Positions 1 through 8,348 of a DNA stretch of 64,000 nucleotides are shown one piece after another (position 1 is the first letter of the stretch; the number at the start of each line of letters is the position of its first letter). The notes under the pieces were generated by a model that saw nothing but the letters and a program-made list of their open reading frames with translations, did not search any database and had not been told where the DNA came from. Origin of the DNA: a virus. The stretch lies in IMG/VR virus record IMGVR_UViG_3300045988_174992, one strand, 5' to 3'. The translations under genes were made by a program, and so were the position numbers.

Positions 1-92
1 AGAGCCAGCGAATATGAGGTTTGTAGTGAACCCAATTAGATTGACTTTAAGTCAATAGAATGAAATTTTATTTGAAATTTATTTGTTTATGT

Positions 93-106
93 TATTTTTA
101 TATACA
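93..106 (+). promoter_or_regulatory. Candidate late-type motif TATTTTTATATACA upstream of the first fibre gene
   Basis: ATTTTTAWATA-type box about 35 nt before ATG 138. Related boxes at 37161, 47868 and (minus strand) 30978. Preceded by TGAAATTT boxes at 61-68 and 73-80. AT-rich background makes chance matches likely. Confidence 0.25.
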
Positions 107-137
107 TAAAATAAATAAATAAATAATAAAATACACT

Positions 138-1229
138 ATGACATTAACAAATTTGAATAAGCTTTTTGTTCGTGTTACAGAGGCTGGGCTTCGTGATGCA
201 GTCATTAATAAATCTAAGGAGTCTAACAACAATAAGATTTACTTCTTAACAAAATCTCAAGAAATTGTTACTCAGGGTGTTGCTTATGGTCTTTCTACCG
301 ATGTCCAGGCACAGATTGCTAACATCAAGTCTATCTTGAAGTCATTTGACAATAATGGTCATGGTACAGAGGATTCAGTAAAGTCTGCTATCGATGCTGT
401 ACAGGCTGCTCTTGATGCATATAAAGCAGAAAATGATGCTAAGCGTGCTCTTCTTGTTAAGACAGTTGCTTACAATGCTGATACTAAGACTATCGACTTC
501 ACATCAGAAAATGGTACAACAGTTCAGCATATCAATGCTAGTGATATCATTGGCAACCATGTTGTAAAGAGTTCTTCTTATGATGCATCTACTAATAAAT
601 TGAAGCTCACATTTGGTGGTGCTAGTGAAGATGTTGATGTTGATATCGACCTTGGTCAGATGCTTGACATGAATGACGTCATCTCTGGTGATGTTGCACA
701 CTTCACAGTTAACTATGCTGAGAAGAAACTTACTATCAAGCCAGTTACTGCAAAAGTTGCTAGTGATACAGTAGGTCTTGCTGATGCTAAGGATGTTAAG
801 TCTTATGTTGATGCTGCTGTTAGCGGTGCACAGGATACTCTCCAGGCTGCTATCGATACTATCAATAGTAAGCTCAATATTATTCAAGGTGCAGAAAGCG
901 TAGAGGGCTCTATCAATAAGGCATTGAAGGATGCTAAGGAATATGCAGATGGCCTTAATTCAGCTGCTAATGCTGCTATTACAAAGGAAATTTCTGATCG
1001 TCAGGCTGCTGACCAAGCATTGTATGGTGGTGTAATCCCTGCTGATGGTGCTTCTACTATCTCTGGTAATGCTACTAACATCGCTGCTTTAGTAGCTGCT
1101 CTTGAAACTGAGAAGACAAATCGTGAAGCTGCTGATAACGCTGAAAAGACTGCTCGTGAAGCTGCTATCAAGGAGATTACAGATGCATTAGCTGATCCTG
1201 CTACATTCTGGGAAGATTACACTTCTTAA
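138..1229 (+). CDS. Fibre-like structural protein (shared N-terminal fibre module plus Ala/Glu/Lys-rich coiled-coil-like tail)
   Basis: 363-aa ORF. N-terminus LFVRV..NKIYFLTKSQEIVTQGVAYG aligns with the N-termini of ORFs at 2144, 3966, 4234, 5471 and 6251. C-terminus is heptad-like (EKTNREAADNAEKTAREAAIKE). Hairpin plus T-run after the stop. Confidence 0.6.
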   Translation: MTLTNLNKLFVRVTEAGLRDAVINKSKESNNNKIYFLTKSQEIVTQGVAYGLSTDVQAQIANIKSILKSFDNNGHGTEDSVKSAIDAVQAALDAYKAENDAKRALLVKTVAYNADTKTIDFTSENGTTVQHINASDIIGNHVVKSSSYDASTNKLKLTFGGASEDVDVDIDLGQMLDMNDVISGDVAHFTVNYAEKKLTIKPVTAKVASDTVGLADAKDVKSYVDAAVSGAQDTLQAAIDTINSKLNIIQGAESVEGSINKALKDAKEYADGLNSAANAAITKEISDRQAADQALYGGVIPADGASTISGNATNIAALVAALETEKTNREAADNAEKTAREAAIKEITDALADPATFWEDYTS

Positions 1230-1250
1230 TCTAAAATGATATGAATATGG

Positions 1251-1287
1251 TCAAGGTATCACAAGGATGACACCTTGATTTATTTTT
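1251..1287 (+). terminator. Intrinsic terminator
   Basis: TCAAGGT (1251-1257) pairs with ACCTTGA (1272-1278), followed by TTTATTTTT. Confidence 0.6.
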
Positions 1288-1312
1288 AATCAACAAAATT
1301 GAACAACAACTA

Positions 1313-2104
1313 ATGGGAAATGTAAAGATATCTGAACTACCTTATGCATCAAAAATAGATGATGATGCATTGGTTGTTCTCGTTCAAGACCATGCTAATA
1401 AAGTTGTTACTGTTGATGAGCTTTCTCAAAAGATAAATGAGAAACAAAACCACACTATAGACCATCTATGGCATGAACTTAGACGTGCAACAGGTATGGA
1501 AACCGTAAGGGCTATATCTAATACTGTTTCTAATCATGAATATAGAATAGATGGAATAGAGAAGCTGAATGGAAAGCAAGATAGACAATTGGCAAGCTTG
1601 ACTAATGCTATGCGTGAAATCTCTGCTAGACAACATTCACATCATGATGATATCAATATATTGCAGACTGGTGTAAAAGAAAATCGTCGTTCATTAGCCT
1701 ATCTAAATTTCCGTGTGGATGGTGTTATTGATGATACTTATACGTACTTTAACAACATCAATCAAATTCAAGCTGATTTAGCAGCAGCAATTAAAAAGCA
1801 TGCAGATGACTTGTCTTATACTTATGATTATATTGAGAGAGCAGCTGAAGCTGCTAAAACATATTGCAATACTTACACTTCTACTGAAGTAGATAACAAT
1901 TGGGCATACACATATTCAGCTTATGCCTATCTTTCCACTTATGTTCATTTTAGTCCTAATGAATATTGGGGTATAATAAATGGATCTACATATAGTCTAT
2001 ATGGTACATGGGCTGATAATTATGTTCCAACCACTGAAGGATCCGATACTGGTAATGTAGGTAATAAAAATCAATGTGCTCCTGGATGTCCATGTGGACA
2101 ATAA
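1313..2104 (+). CDS. Tail-fibre/collar-like protein
   Basis: 263-aa ORF. N-terminus KISELPYASKIDDDALVVLVQD..KVVTVDEL resembles the widespread phage tail-fibre N-terminal motif (ISxLP...L...V.Q.G.....L). Central heptad-like region. Confidence 0.5.
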   Translation: MGNVKISELPYASKIDDDALVVLVQDHANKVVTVDELSQKINEKQNHTIDHLWHELRRATGMETVRAISNTVSNHEYRIDGIEKLNGKQDRQLASLTNAMREISARQHSHHDDINILQTGVKENRRSLAYLNFRVDGVIDDTYTYFNNINQIQADLAAAIKKHADDLSYTYDYIERAAEAAKTYCNTYTSTEVDNNWAYTYSAYAYLSTYVHFSPNEYWGIINGSTYSLYGTWADNYVPTTEGSDTGNVGNKNQCAPGCPCGQ

Positions 2105-2143
2105 AATAAAACAAATATTAAATATAACTAGTTATAAAATAAT

Positions 2144-3778
2144 ATGGCTGATTTAAAGAAAGTATTTATTTATGTAAAAGCTGATTCAACTACTATTGTC
2201 GATTCATTGAGACAGCAAGTTGTAACTAAAAGTGCAACAGACTATAATGACAGAATTTTCTTCTTAGCTGATACTGAAGAAATTGTTACTCATGGCCATG
2301 TATTTGGTGTATCTAAAGAAACAGTAGCTCACCTTGAAAATCTTGATAATGCTATTAAAAAGATTACTGGTGTTGAATTTGAAAAACTTACCGGTGCTGA
2401 AACTTTTGAAATTGTAGATGACACTGCCAAGTCAACTATTGCTAAATATGTAGCAAAGAAGATGACTACAGTTTCTGCTAAAGCAGATTCTGCAGTTACT
2501 GTTACTCCTCAAGATGTTGATGGTCACAAGAATTACGAAGTAGCTGTAATAGCTGATGAGCTTACAGTAGTTACTAAGGCTGGTAAGCTTACTTCTGGTT
2601 TGCAACTTGTTTATGCTAACAAGCAAACAACAGTAGATGGTATTGATGCTGGTCACCCAAGCATGTATCTTGCTGACAAGAATGGTACTAAGGTAGGTAC
2701 TGCTGTTGATGTTAATGATTTCATCGTTGATGGAATGATTAGTTCAGTAGAGTATGTTGCCCAAGGTGAAGATGGTCTTCCAGCTATTAAGATTACATGG
2801 AATGCTGATGGAGAGAATAAGGTAACTTATATCCCTATGGCTGATGTATTCAAGCTTGAAGAAATTCATACTGGTACTCCTACATATATCGCAGTAAAGA
2901 AGACAACTCCTACTCATGAGAATGATCCTCATCAAGGTGATGTTGATGGTGGTATGTGTTATGAAGTTAATGCTGTAGTTGATGACACTGACTTGAGAGT
3001 TGCTACTACTGTTACTCATACACCAGCAGATGAGGCTCATAACACAGAAGAAAGCTATGCTGCTTCTATTACTTCAGGTATGGGTGCTAACAACTTTGCA
3101 GATATTAGTGGTTTAGCTGATTCTGTTAAGGTAGCTGATAAGTTCAAGGCTACTGATGAGTTGATTGCTGCTGTTGCTAATCGTGCTATTGAACGCGACA
3201 AAACTTTGACTGCTGGTATCGAGCAAAAGATCCAAGCATTACGAGATTCTCTTGACCAAGAAGTTGAAAATCGTACAAATGGTGATGCTGATCTCCAGAA
3301 TAAGATTGATGAAATCAATTCTACTTCAGAAGATCTTGTTGCTCATCCAACATCTGTAGCTGCTAAGATTGCAAGTCTTCGTGATAGCCTTGTAGCAGAA
3401 CTTCATGCTCAAGATGCTGTAGAAAAACCTCTTATTACTGTAAGCCTTAAACAAGAAGCTGGTAGAATTAAGGATCTTGCAGTTACAAGTAAGACAGACA
3501 CATTGATGTCAGATGTTAAGCTTGCTGGTATCGATGGACAAGTAACTGTAGGTGCTAAGACTTATTATGTTAAGGATCTCAATGCTATTGCTGCTCATGA
3601 TCCTGCATTGGTAACAACCCAGGATGCATGGTTGTATGGTCAAGCATTGATGACTACTGTAAAGTCTGATAACAATCAGTACATCAAGGTAGAGAATAAT
3701 GCTGGTAAACTTATGATTCAATATGAACCATGGGCAGAAATTCACTCAGTAGGTGAGTTGAATGCTCTTTACAAGTAA
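2144..3778 (+). CDS. Fibre-like structural protein with shared N-terminal module
   Basis: 544-aa ORF. N-terminus KKVFIYV..NDRIFFLADTEEIVTHGHVFGVS matches the module of 138-1229 and the BspA-like genes. Coiled-coil-like stretch ERDKTLTAGIEQKIQALRDSLDQEVENRTNGDADLQNKIDE. Confidence 0.6.
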   Translation: MADLKKVFIYVKADSTTIVDSLRQQVVTKSATDYNDRIFFLADTEEIVTHGHVFGVSKETVAHLENLDNAIKKITGVEFEKLTGAETFEIVDDTAKSTIAKYVAKKMTTVSAKADSAVTVTPQDVDGHKNYEVAVIADELTVVTKAGKLTSGLQLVYANKQTTVDGIDAGHPSMYLADKNGTKVGTAVDVNDFIVDGMISSVEYVAQGEDGLPAIKITWNADGENKVTYIPMADVFKLEEIHTGTPTYIAVKKTTPTHENDPHQGDVDGGMCYEVNAVVDDTDLRVATTVTHTPADEAHNTEESYAASITSGMGANNFADISGLADSVKVADKFKATDELIAAVANRAIERDKTLTAGIEQKIQALRDSLDQEVENRTNGDADLQNKIDEINSTSEDLVAHPTSVAAKIASLRDSLVAELHAQDAVEKPLITVSLKQEAGRIKDLAVTSKTDTLMSDVKLAGIDGQVTVGAKTYYVKDLNAIAAHDPALVTTQDAWLYGQALMTTVKSDNNQYIKVENNAGKLMIQYEPWAEIHSVGELNALYK

Positions 3779-3821
3779 TTTATATAACTTATACTTTATA
3801 ACTTAAATATTTCTAATGTAT

Positions 3822-3858
3822 AAAGGACAGGACAATCAAGTTCTGTCCTTTTTATTTT
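3822..3858 (+). terminator. Intrinsic terminator
   Basis: AAAGGACAG (3822-3830) pairs with CTGTCCTTT (3843-3851), then TTTTATTTTT. Confidence 0.7.
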
Positions 3859-3965
3859 TATATAAATGAAAACAGTAAGACACCGACAGTAAGACTTACG
3901 GATTTTATATTTACAAATGTTAATCTGTTTGGTGTCATTTACAAATTAACATATTTTAAATTAAA

Positions 3966-4250
3966 ATGGCAAATACAACATTTCCTATTCATAAACTATT
4001 TAGAGTATATGAAACATTAGACCAGTTTGATGCAGAAGCAAATCACCCAGAAAATAAGATATGCTTCATCAAAGATAAGAGAATAATCTATGCTAATGGG
4101 GTTGAATATACCAATGAGCAGATGTATAATGATAATATAACTGATGATATCAAAGATGCTGCTAAATTCAAGACTGTTTATAATGCATTATTAGATGAAC
4201 TGAAGAACAGAAACTATATGGAGTTATCCAAAGATGGTGAAAATATTTAA
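3966..4250 (+). CDS. N-terminal-module-only fibre paralogue (probable remnant of a fourth BspA-like gene)
   Basis: 94 aa. IHKLFRVYETLDQFDAEANHPENKICFIKDKRIIYANGVEY plus linker DDIKDAAKFKTVYNALLDELKNRNYM align to residues 1-75 of the 4234 and 6251 ORFs. It stops where the repeat-bearing part should begin and overlaps the next start by 17 nt. Confidence 0.5.
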   Translation: MANTTFPIHKLFRVYETLDQFDAEANHPENKICFIKDKRIIYANGVEYTNEQMYNDNITDDIKDAAKFKTVYNALLDELKNRNYMELSKDGENI

Positions 4251-5433
4251 AAACTATGATACATTATCCCAATTCAATGATGAATCTATACACCCAGAAA
4301 ACAAGATATGTTTGATAAAAGATAAAGGTGTAATATATTCAAATGGTGTACAGTATTCACATTCTAAAATGCATATAATACAAGATATTGGAGATTCAGA
4401 TAACATAGTAGATAAGTTTAATGAATTGAGAAAAGGTTTATTAGAATCAAATCTAATGGCAGCTAGGACACCACATACTCTCATTTACTGGACAGGAGAT
4501 TCTAATACTATAGATATTAGTGGTACTACATATACAGCTGAACCAGATAAAGTAAACATAGATGGGGTAGAATACTACCAGTTAAAATTAGATAAAGATT
4601 TAAATAATAGTTTTAGTAATAATACTTTTACTAATTTAATATTTAAAGATGTTGATACAAGTAATGTTACTAATATGAATAATATGTTCGGTTATTGCAA
4701 TGCTCTTACTTCTTTGTATGTGTCTGAATTTGATACAAGTAATGTTACTAATATGGCTAATATGTTTTATTATTGCGAGGCTCTTACTTCTTTAGATGTA
4801 TCTAAATTTGATACAAGTAATGTTACTAATATGTTTAATATGTTTGGTAGATGCTGTGCTCTTACTTCTTTAGATGTATCTAAATTTGATACAAGTAAAG
4901 TTACTAATATGAGTAATATGTTCAATAATTGCAGTTCTCTTACTTCTTTGGATGTATCTAAATGGGATACAAGTAAAGTTACTGGTATGTATAGTATGTT
5001 TAATTATTGCATATCTATTACTTCTTTAGATGTATCTAAATTTGATACTAGTAAAGTTACTGATATGTCTAGTATGTTTCAACATTGCAGATTACTTACT
5101 TCTTTTGATGTGTCAAATTTTAATACAAGTAATGTTACTAATATGAATACTATGTTCTCTTCTTGCAGTGCTCTTACTTCTTTGGACGTATCTGGGTGGG
5201 ATACAAGTAATGTTATTTATATGGGTTATATGTTCAGGAATTGCTGGGCTCTTACTTCTTTGGACATATCTGGATGGGATACAAGTAATGTTACTAATAT
5301 GAATAGTATATTCTCTGGTTGCAGTTCTCTTAAAACAATAAGAATGGTAGGTTGTTCACAGACTACTATAGATAAGATAAAAGCACAACTATCTACAGAT
5401 GGTATAACTGGATGTACTATTGTAACAGAATAA
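4234..5433 (+). CDS. BspA-family / DUF285-type 26-residue-repeat protein (9 repeats), probable receptor-binding fibre
   Basis: 399 aa. Nine units of LTSLDVSKFDTSNVTNMxxMFxxCxx. N-terminal fibre module. C-terminus KTIRMVGCSQTTIDKIKAQLSTDGITGCTIVTE is shared with 5471 and 6251. Confidence 0.8.
   Translation: MVKIFKNYDTLSQFNDESIHPENKICLIKDKGVIYSNGVQYSHSKMHIIQDIGDSDNIVDKFNELRKGLLESNLMAARTPHTLIYWTGDSNTIDISGTTYTAEPDKVNIDGVEYYQLKLDKDLNNSFSNNTFTNLIFKDVDTSNVTNMNNMFGYCNALTSLYVSEFDTSNVTNMANMFYYCEALTSLDVSKFDTSNVTNMFNMFGRCCALTSLDVSKFDTSKVTNMSNMFNNCSSLTSLDVSKWDTSKVTGMYSMFNYCISITSLDVSKFDTSKVTDMSSMFQHCRLLTSFDVSNFNTSNVTNMNTMFSSCSALTSLDVSGWDTSNVIYMGYMFRNCWALTSLDISGWDTSNVTNMNSIFSGCSSLKTIRMVGCSQTTIDKIKAQLSTDGITGCTIVTE
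4627..5328 (+). repeat. Coding 78-bp (26-aa) repeat array, 9 units (approximate bounds)
   Basis: Periodicity of DTS[NK]VTxM motifs read in the translated ORF. Confidence 0.8.
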
Positions 5434-5470
5434 ATATAACAGAATAAAATTTTATATATAAAAAGAAATC

Positions 5471-6217
5471 ATGGCTAAATTATTTAGAAATTACAATACA
5501 TTGGTGGAATATGAAGCAGACACAAATAAACCTGTAAACACAGTTTGTTTCATTAAAGATGCAAAGGTCATCTATGTAGATGGCATACGATATTCATATA
5601 AGCAACTTGACTATCTACCACCTGCTATTAATGAAGCAGAAGCATTAGAATATATGGGTAAGATTATTAAGAATGCCCAGGAAGTAGGATTGATTGGTAT
5701 ACCAGTACCTAAACTAGTACCTGGTATATACTGGACAGGAGATTCTAATATTATAAGTATTAGTGGTACAGATTATACAGCTGAATCTGATAATATAACT
5801 ATAGATGGTGTAGAATACTATCAGTTAAAATTGGATAAAGATTTAGATAATGATTTTTACAACTTTAATTATAATTATTTTACTAATTTAATATTTAAAG
5901 ATGTTGATACAAGTAATGTTACTAATATGAGTAATATGTTCGAAGGTTGTTGGGATCTTACTTCTTTGGATGTTAGTAATTTTGATACAAGTAATGTTAC
6001 TGATATAGGATTTATGTTTAGTGATTGTGGTTCTCTTACTTCTTTAGATATGTCTGGATGGGATATAAGTAACGCCATCAAAATGAACAAAATGCTCACT
6101 GGTTGTAGTGCTCTTAAAACTATCAGAATGGTAGGTTGTTCACAGACTACTATAGATAAGATAAAAGCACAATTATCTACTGATGGTATAACTGGTTGCA
6201 CTATTGTAACAGAATAA
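5471..6217 (+). CDS. BspA-family / DUF285-type 26-residue-repeat protein (3 repeats)
   Basis: 248 aa. Same N-module (AKLFRNYNTLVEYE..TVCFIKDAKVIYVDGIRYS), three repeat units, identical C-terminal 33 aa. Confidence 0.8.
   Translation: MAKLFRNYNTLVEYEADTNKPVNTVCFIKDAKVIYVDGIRYSYKQLDYLPPAINEAEALEYMGKIIKNAQEVGLIGIPVPKLVPGIYWTGDSNIISISGTDYTAESDNITIDGVEYYQLKLDKDLDNDFYNFNYNYFTNLIFKDVDTSNVTNMSNMFEGCWDLTSLDVSNFDTSNVTDIGFMFSDCGSLTSLDMSGWDISNAIKMNKMLTGCSALKTIRMVGCSQTTIDKIKAQLSTDGITGCTIVTE
5879..6112 (+). repeat. Coding 78-bp repeat array, 3 units (approximate bounds)
   Basis: DTSNVTNM, DTSNVTDI and DISNAIKM units in the ORF. Confidence 0.7.
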
Positions 6218-6250
6218 ATTATAACAGAATAATTATAACAGAATAAAATC

Positions 6251-7225
6251 ATGCCGAAAATATTTAGAAACTACAATACATTATCTCAATTCAATACTGA
6301 ATCCACACATCCAGAAAACAAGATATGTTTCATTAAAGATAATGGAGTAATATATTCAAATGGTGTACAGTATTCACCTTATAAAATGGACACTATAGCT
6401 AATATAGAAGATTCAGATAACATAGTAGATAAGTTTAATGAATTGAGAAAAGGTTTATTAGAATCAAATCTAATGGAAGCTAGAACACTACATACTGTCA
6501 TATACTGGACTGGAGATTCTAATACTATAAACATTAGTGGTACTACATATACAGCTGAACTAGATAAAATAAATATAGATGGTGTAGTATACTATCAGTT
6601 AAAATTGTATAAAGATTTAGATAATAATTTTTATAAATTTAGTAATAATACTTTTGCTAATTTAATATTTAAAGATGTTGATACAAGTAAAGTAACTAAT
6701 ATGAATAATATGTTCCATTATTGCAATGCTCTTACTTCTTTGGATGTATCTAAATTTGATACTAGTAAAGTTACTAACATGTCATGGATGTTTGAATATT
6801 GCATGTCTCTTACTTCTTTAGATTTGAGTACATGGGATACTAGTAAGGTTACTAATATGAATGCTATGTTCCTTTATTGTAGTGCTCTTACTTCTTTGGA
6901 TTTGAGTGGATTTGATACTAGTAAAGTTACTGATATGAGTTTTATGTTCAGTAATTGCAGTTCTCTTACTTCTTTGGATTTGAGTGGATTTGATACTAGT
7001 AAAGTTACTGATATGAGTTTTATGTTCAGTAATTGCAGTTCTCTTACTTCTTTGGATTTGAGTGGATGGGATACAAGTAATGTTAATAATATGCGTAATA
7101 TGTTCAGTGGTTGTAGTGCTCTTAAAACAATCAGAATGGTAGGTTGTTTGCAGACTACTATAGATAAGATAAAAGCACAACTATCTAGTAATGGTATAAC
7201 TGGATGCACTATTGTAACAGAATAA
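6251..7225 (+). CDS. BspA-family / DUF285-type 26-residue-repeat protein (6 repeats)
   Basis: 324 aa. Same N-module and near-identical C-terminus (one Ser-to-Leu change and STD-to-SSN). Contains a perfect internal duplication. Confidence 0.8.
   Translation: MPKIFRNYNTLSQFNTESTHPENKICFIKDNGVIYSNGVQYSPYKMDTIANIEDSDNIVDKFNELRKGLLESNLMEARTLHTVIYWTGDSNTINISGTTYTAELDKINIDGVVYYQLKLYKDLDNNFYKFSNNTFANLIFKDVDTSKVTNMNNMFHYCNALTSLDVSKFDTSKVTNMSWMFEYCMSLTSLDLSTWDTSKVTNMNAMFLYCSALTSLDLSGFDTSKVTDMSFMFSNCSSLTSLDLSGFDTSKVTDMSFMFSNCSSLTSLDLSGWDTSNVNNMRNMFSGCSALKTIRMVGCLQTTIDKIKAQLSSNGITGCTIVTE
6885..7066 (+). repeat. Perfect 78-bp tandem duplication (2.3 copies) inside the repeat array
   Basis: 6885-6962 is identical to 6963-7040, base for base. 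A third copy matches for 26 nt (7041-7066). Encodes LTSLDLSGFDTSKVTDMSFMFSNCSS twice. Confidence 0.95.
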
Positions 7226-7251
7226 TAGTTTTTATTTAAATAACATAAAAA

Positions 7252-7277
7252 GAAGAGGAATCTTAAGATTCCTCTTC
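7252..7277. terminator. Bidirectional hairpin between convergent genes
   Basis: GAAGAGGAATC-TTAA-GATTCCTCTTC (11-bp stem). Overlaps the last codons (LEEES stop) of the minus-strand gene. Confidence 0.6.
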
Positions 7278-7754
7278 CAATTTCTTTTTCAATTCTTCAC
7301 ATACCTTATGGTTTTCTTCTTCCATCTTCTTGATAGTTTCTGGATTTCCATCAAATGACTCAATTGTCTTTTTCATATCCTTTTTCAAATCTTCATATAG
7401 ATCTGGATTGATCTTAGTCCAATTCTTCCTAGGATCTTTCTTTCCGGTGTATTCCCAATCATCAAGAATTGTTTGAATAATATTGATTCTACACATTTCC
7501 CATTCATATTCATTCAATTCTTCAAACAATTCATCAACTTCTGAATTCAACTTCCACAATGTATCACCTTCAGAATCTGATGGAAACACATCCTTTGGTG
7601 TACAGATGCAAATCTGGCGAATCTTATTCTTTATTCCATCAATATTTTTTGAACATTCTTCTTTTGCTCGTTCAAAATCACTATAAGAAGTATATTGACA
7701 ACCTGGTAACCAAACTTCTCCTTTATAAGCTTTAATGCAATGATCTACTGACAT
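7263..7754 (-). CDS. Hypothetical protein
   Basis: 163-aa ORF in an uninterrupted minus-strand gene run. Acidic C-terminus. No recognisable motif. Confidence 0.7.
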   Translation of the reverse strand: MSVDHCIKAYKGEVWLPGCQYTSYSDFERAKEECSKNIDGIKNKIRQICICTPKDVFPSDSEGDTLWKLNSEVDELFEELNEYEWEMCRINIIQTILDDWEYTGKKDPRKNWTKINPDLYEDLKKDMKKTIESFDGNPETIKKMEEENHKVCEELKKKLEEES

Positions 7755-7783
7755 GATAATTCTCCTTTTAAATTAATATATGT

Positions 7784-8326
7784 TTAGCTGAAATCCGTAT
7801 ACAATGCAAATCTCAATCCTTCTTTAGTAATGAAATCATGATACTTAGGTTCAATAGTATTGTTCATAGCATACTTCTTGAACATATTTATTTCTCGTTG
7901 ATACTCTCTAGTAAAAGGTGTACGATGTTCAGGATACTGTTCATAATACTCTTTACCAGTGAAAGCACCGCAATCATATTTCAAAACATCACCAATCTCA
8001 TCTATGAACTCATCCCATGTATATGTACTTCCATTTTCACTAACAATACATGCATTGTTAGATTCAATGAAATTCTTAATGGACTCTAATACAGGTTCAT
8101 AGTACTTTAAGTCATTGGCATCCCAATCAAATACCCAACCACCAGATCTCTTACCAAGATGGATACGGTTTTTATCAATTTCTTCTTTTACCTCAAAAAT
8201 CTCCGCTTCAATAGCATCAATATCATAAGGTGTATTATTGATGAGCTCAATAGCCTTCTCAAGATTCTTTGTTACCTTCTTCTTTACTGGAATTACTGCA
8301 TAAAAATTTGTTCCCATATTATTCAA
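7784..8326 (-). CDS. Hypothetical protein
   Basis: 180-aa ORF, tightly packed with its neighbours. Confidence 0.7.
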   Translation of the reverse strand: MNNMGTNFYAVIPVKKKVTKNLEKAIELINNTPYDIDAIEAEIFEVKEEIDKNRIHLGKRSGGWVFDWDANDLKYYEPVLESIKNFIESNNACIVSENGSTYTWDEFIDEIGDVLKYDCGAFTGKEYYEQYPEHRTPFTREYQREINMFKKYAMNNTIEPKYHDFITKEGLRFALYTDFS

Positions 8327-8348
8327 ATTATTAAATTAATTATCCTTC

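Noticed and set aside
504-3745. Minus-strand ORFs inside the fibre genes (504-887, 2432-2656, 2744-3040, 3055-3318, 3509-3745)
   Set aside because: They lie entirely antisense to longer ORFs that have recognisable protein features. Their translations are low-complexity Ile/Asn/Ser/Cys-rich strings, typical of shadow frames in AT-rich DNA.
4627-7120. Regularly spaced direct repeats that could be mistaken for a CRISPR array
   Set aside because: The 78-bp period is one continuous reading frame with protein-level conservation. There are no unique spacers between fixed repeats, and there are no cas genes.
6818-7209. Two overlapping minus-strand ORFs with striking internal periodicity (KSKEVRELQLLNIKLISVTLLVS repeats)
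   Set aside because: The periodicity is simply the reverse-complement reading of the 78-bp BspA-type coding repeats. The plus-strand frame has the conserved family motif and shared termini.
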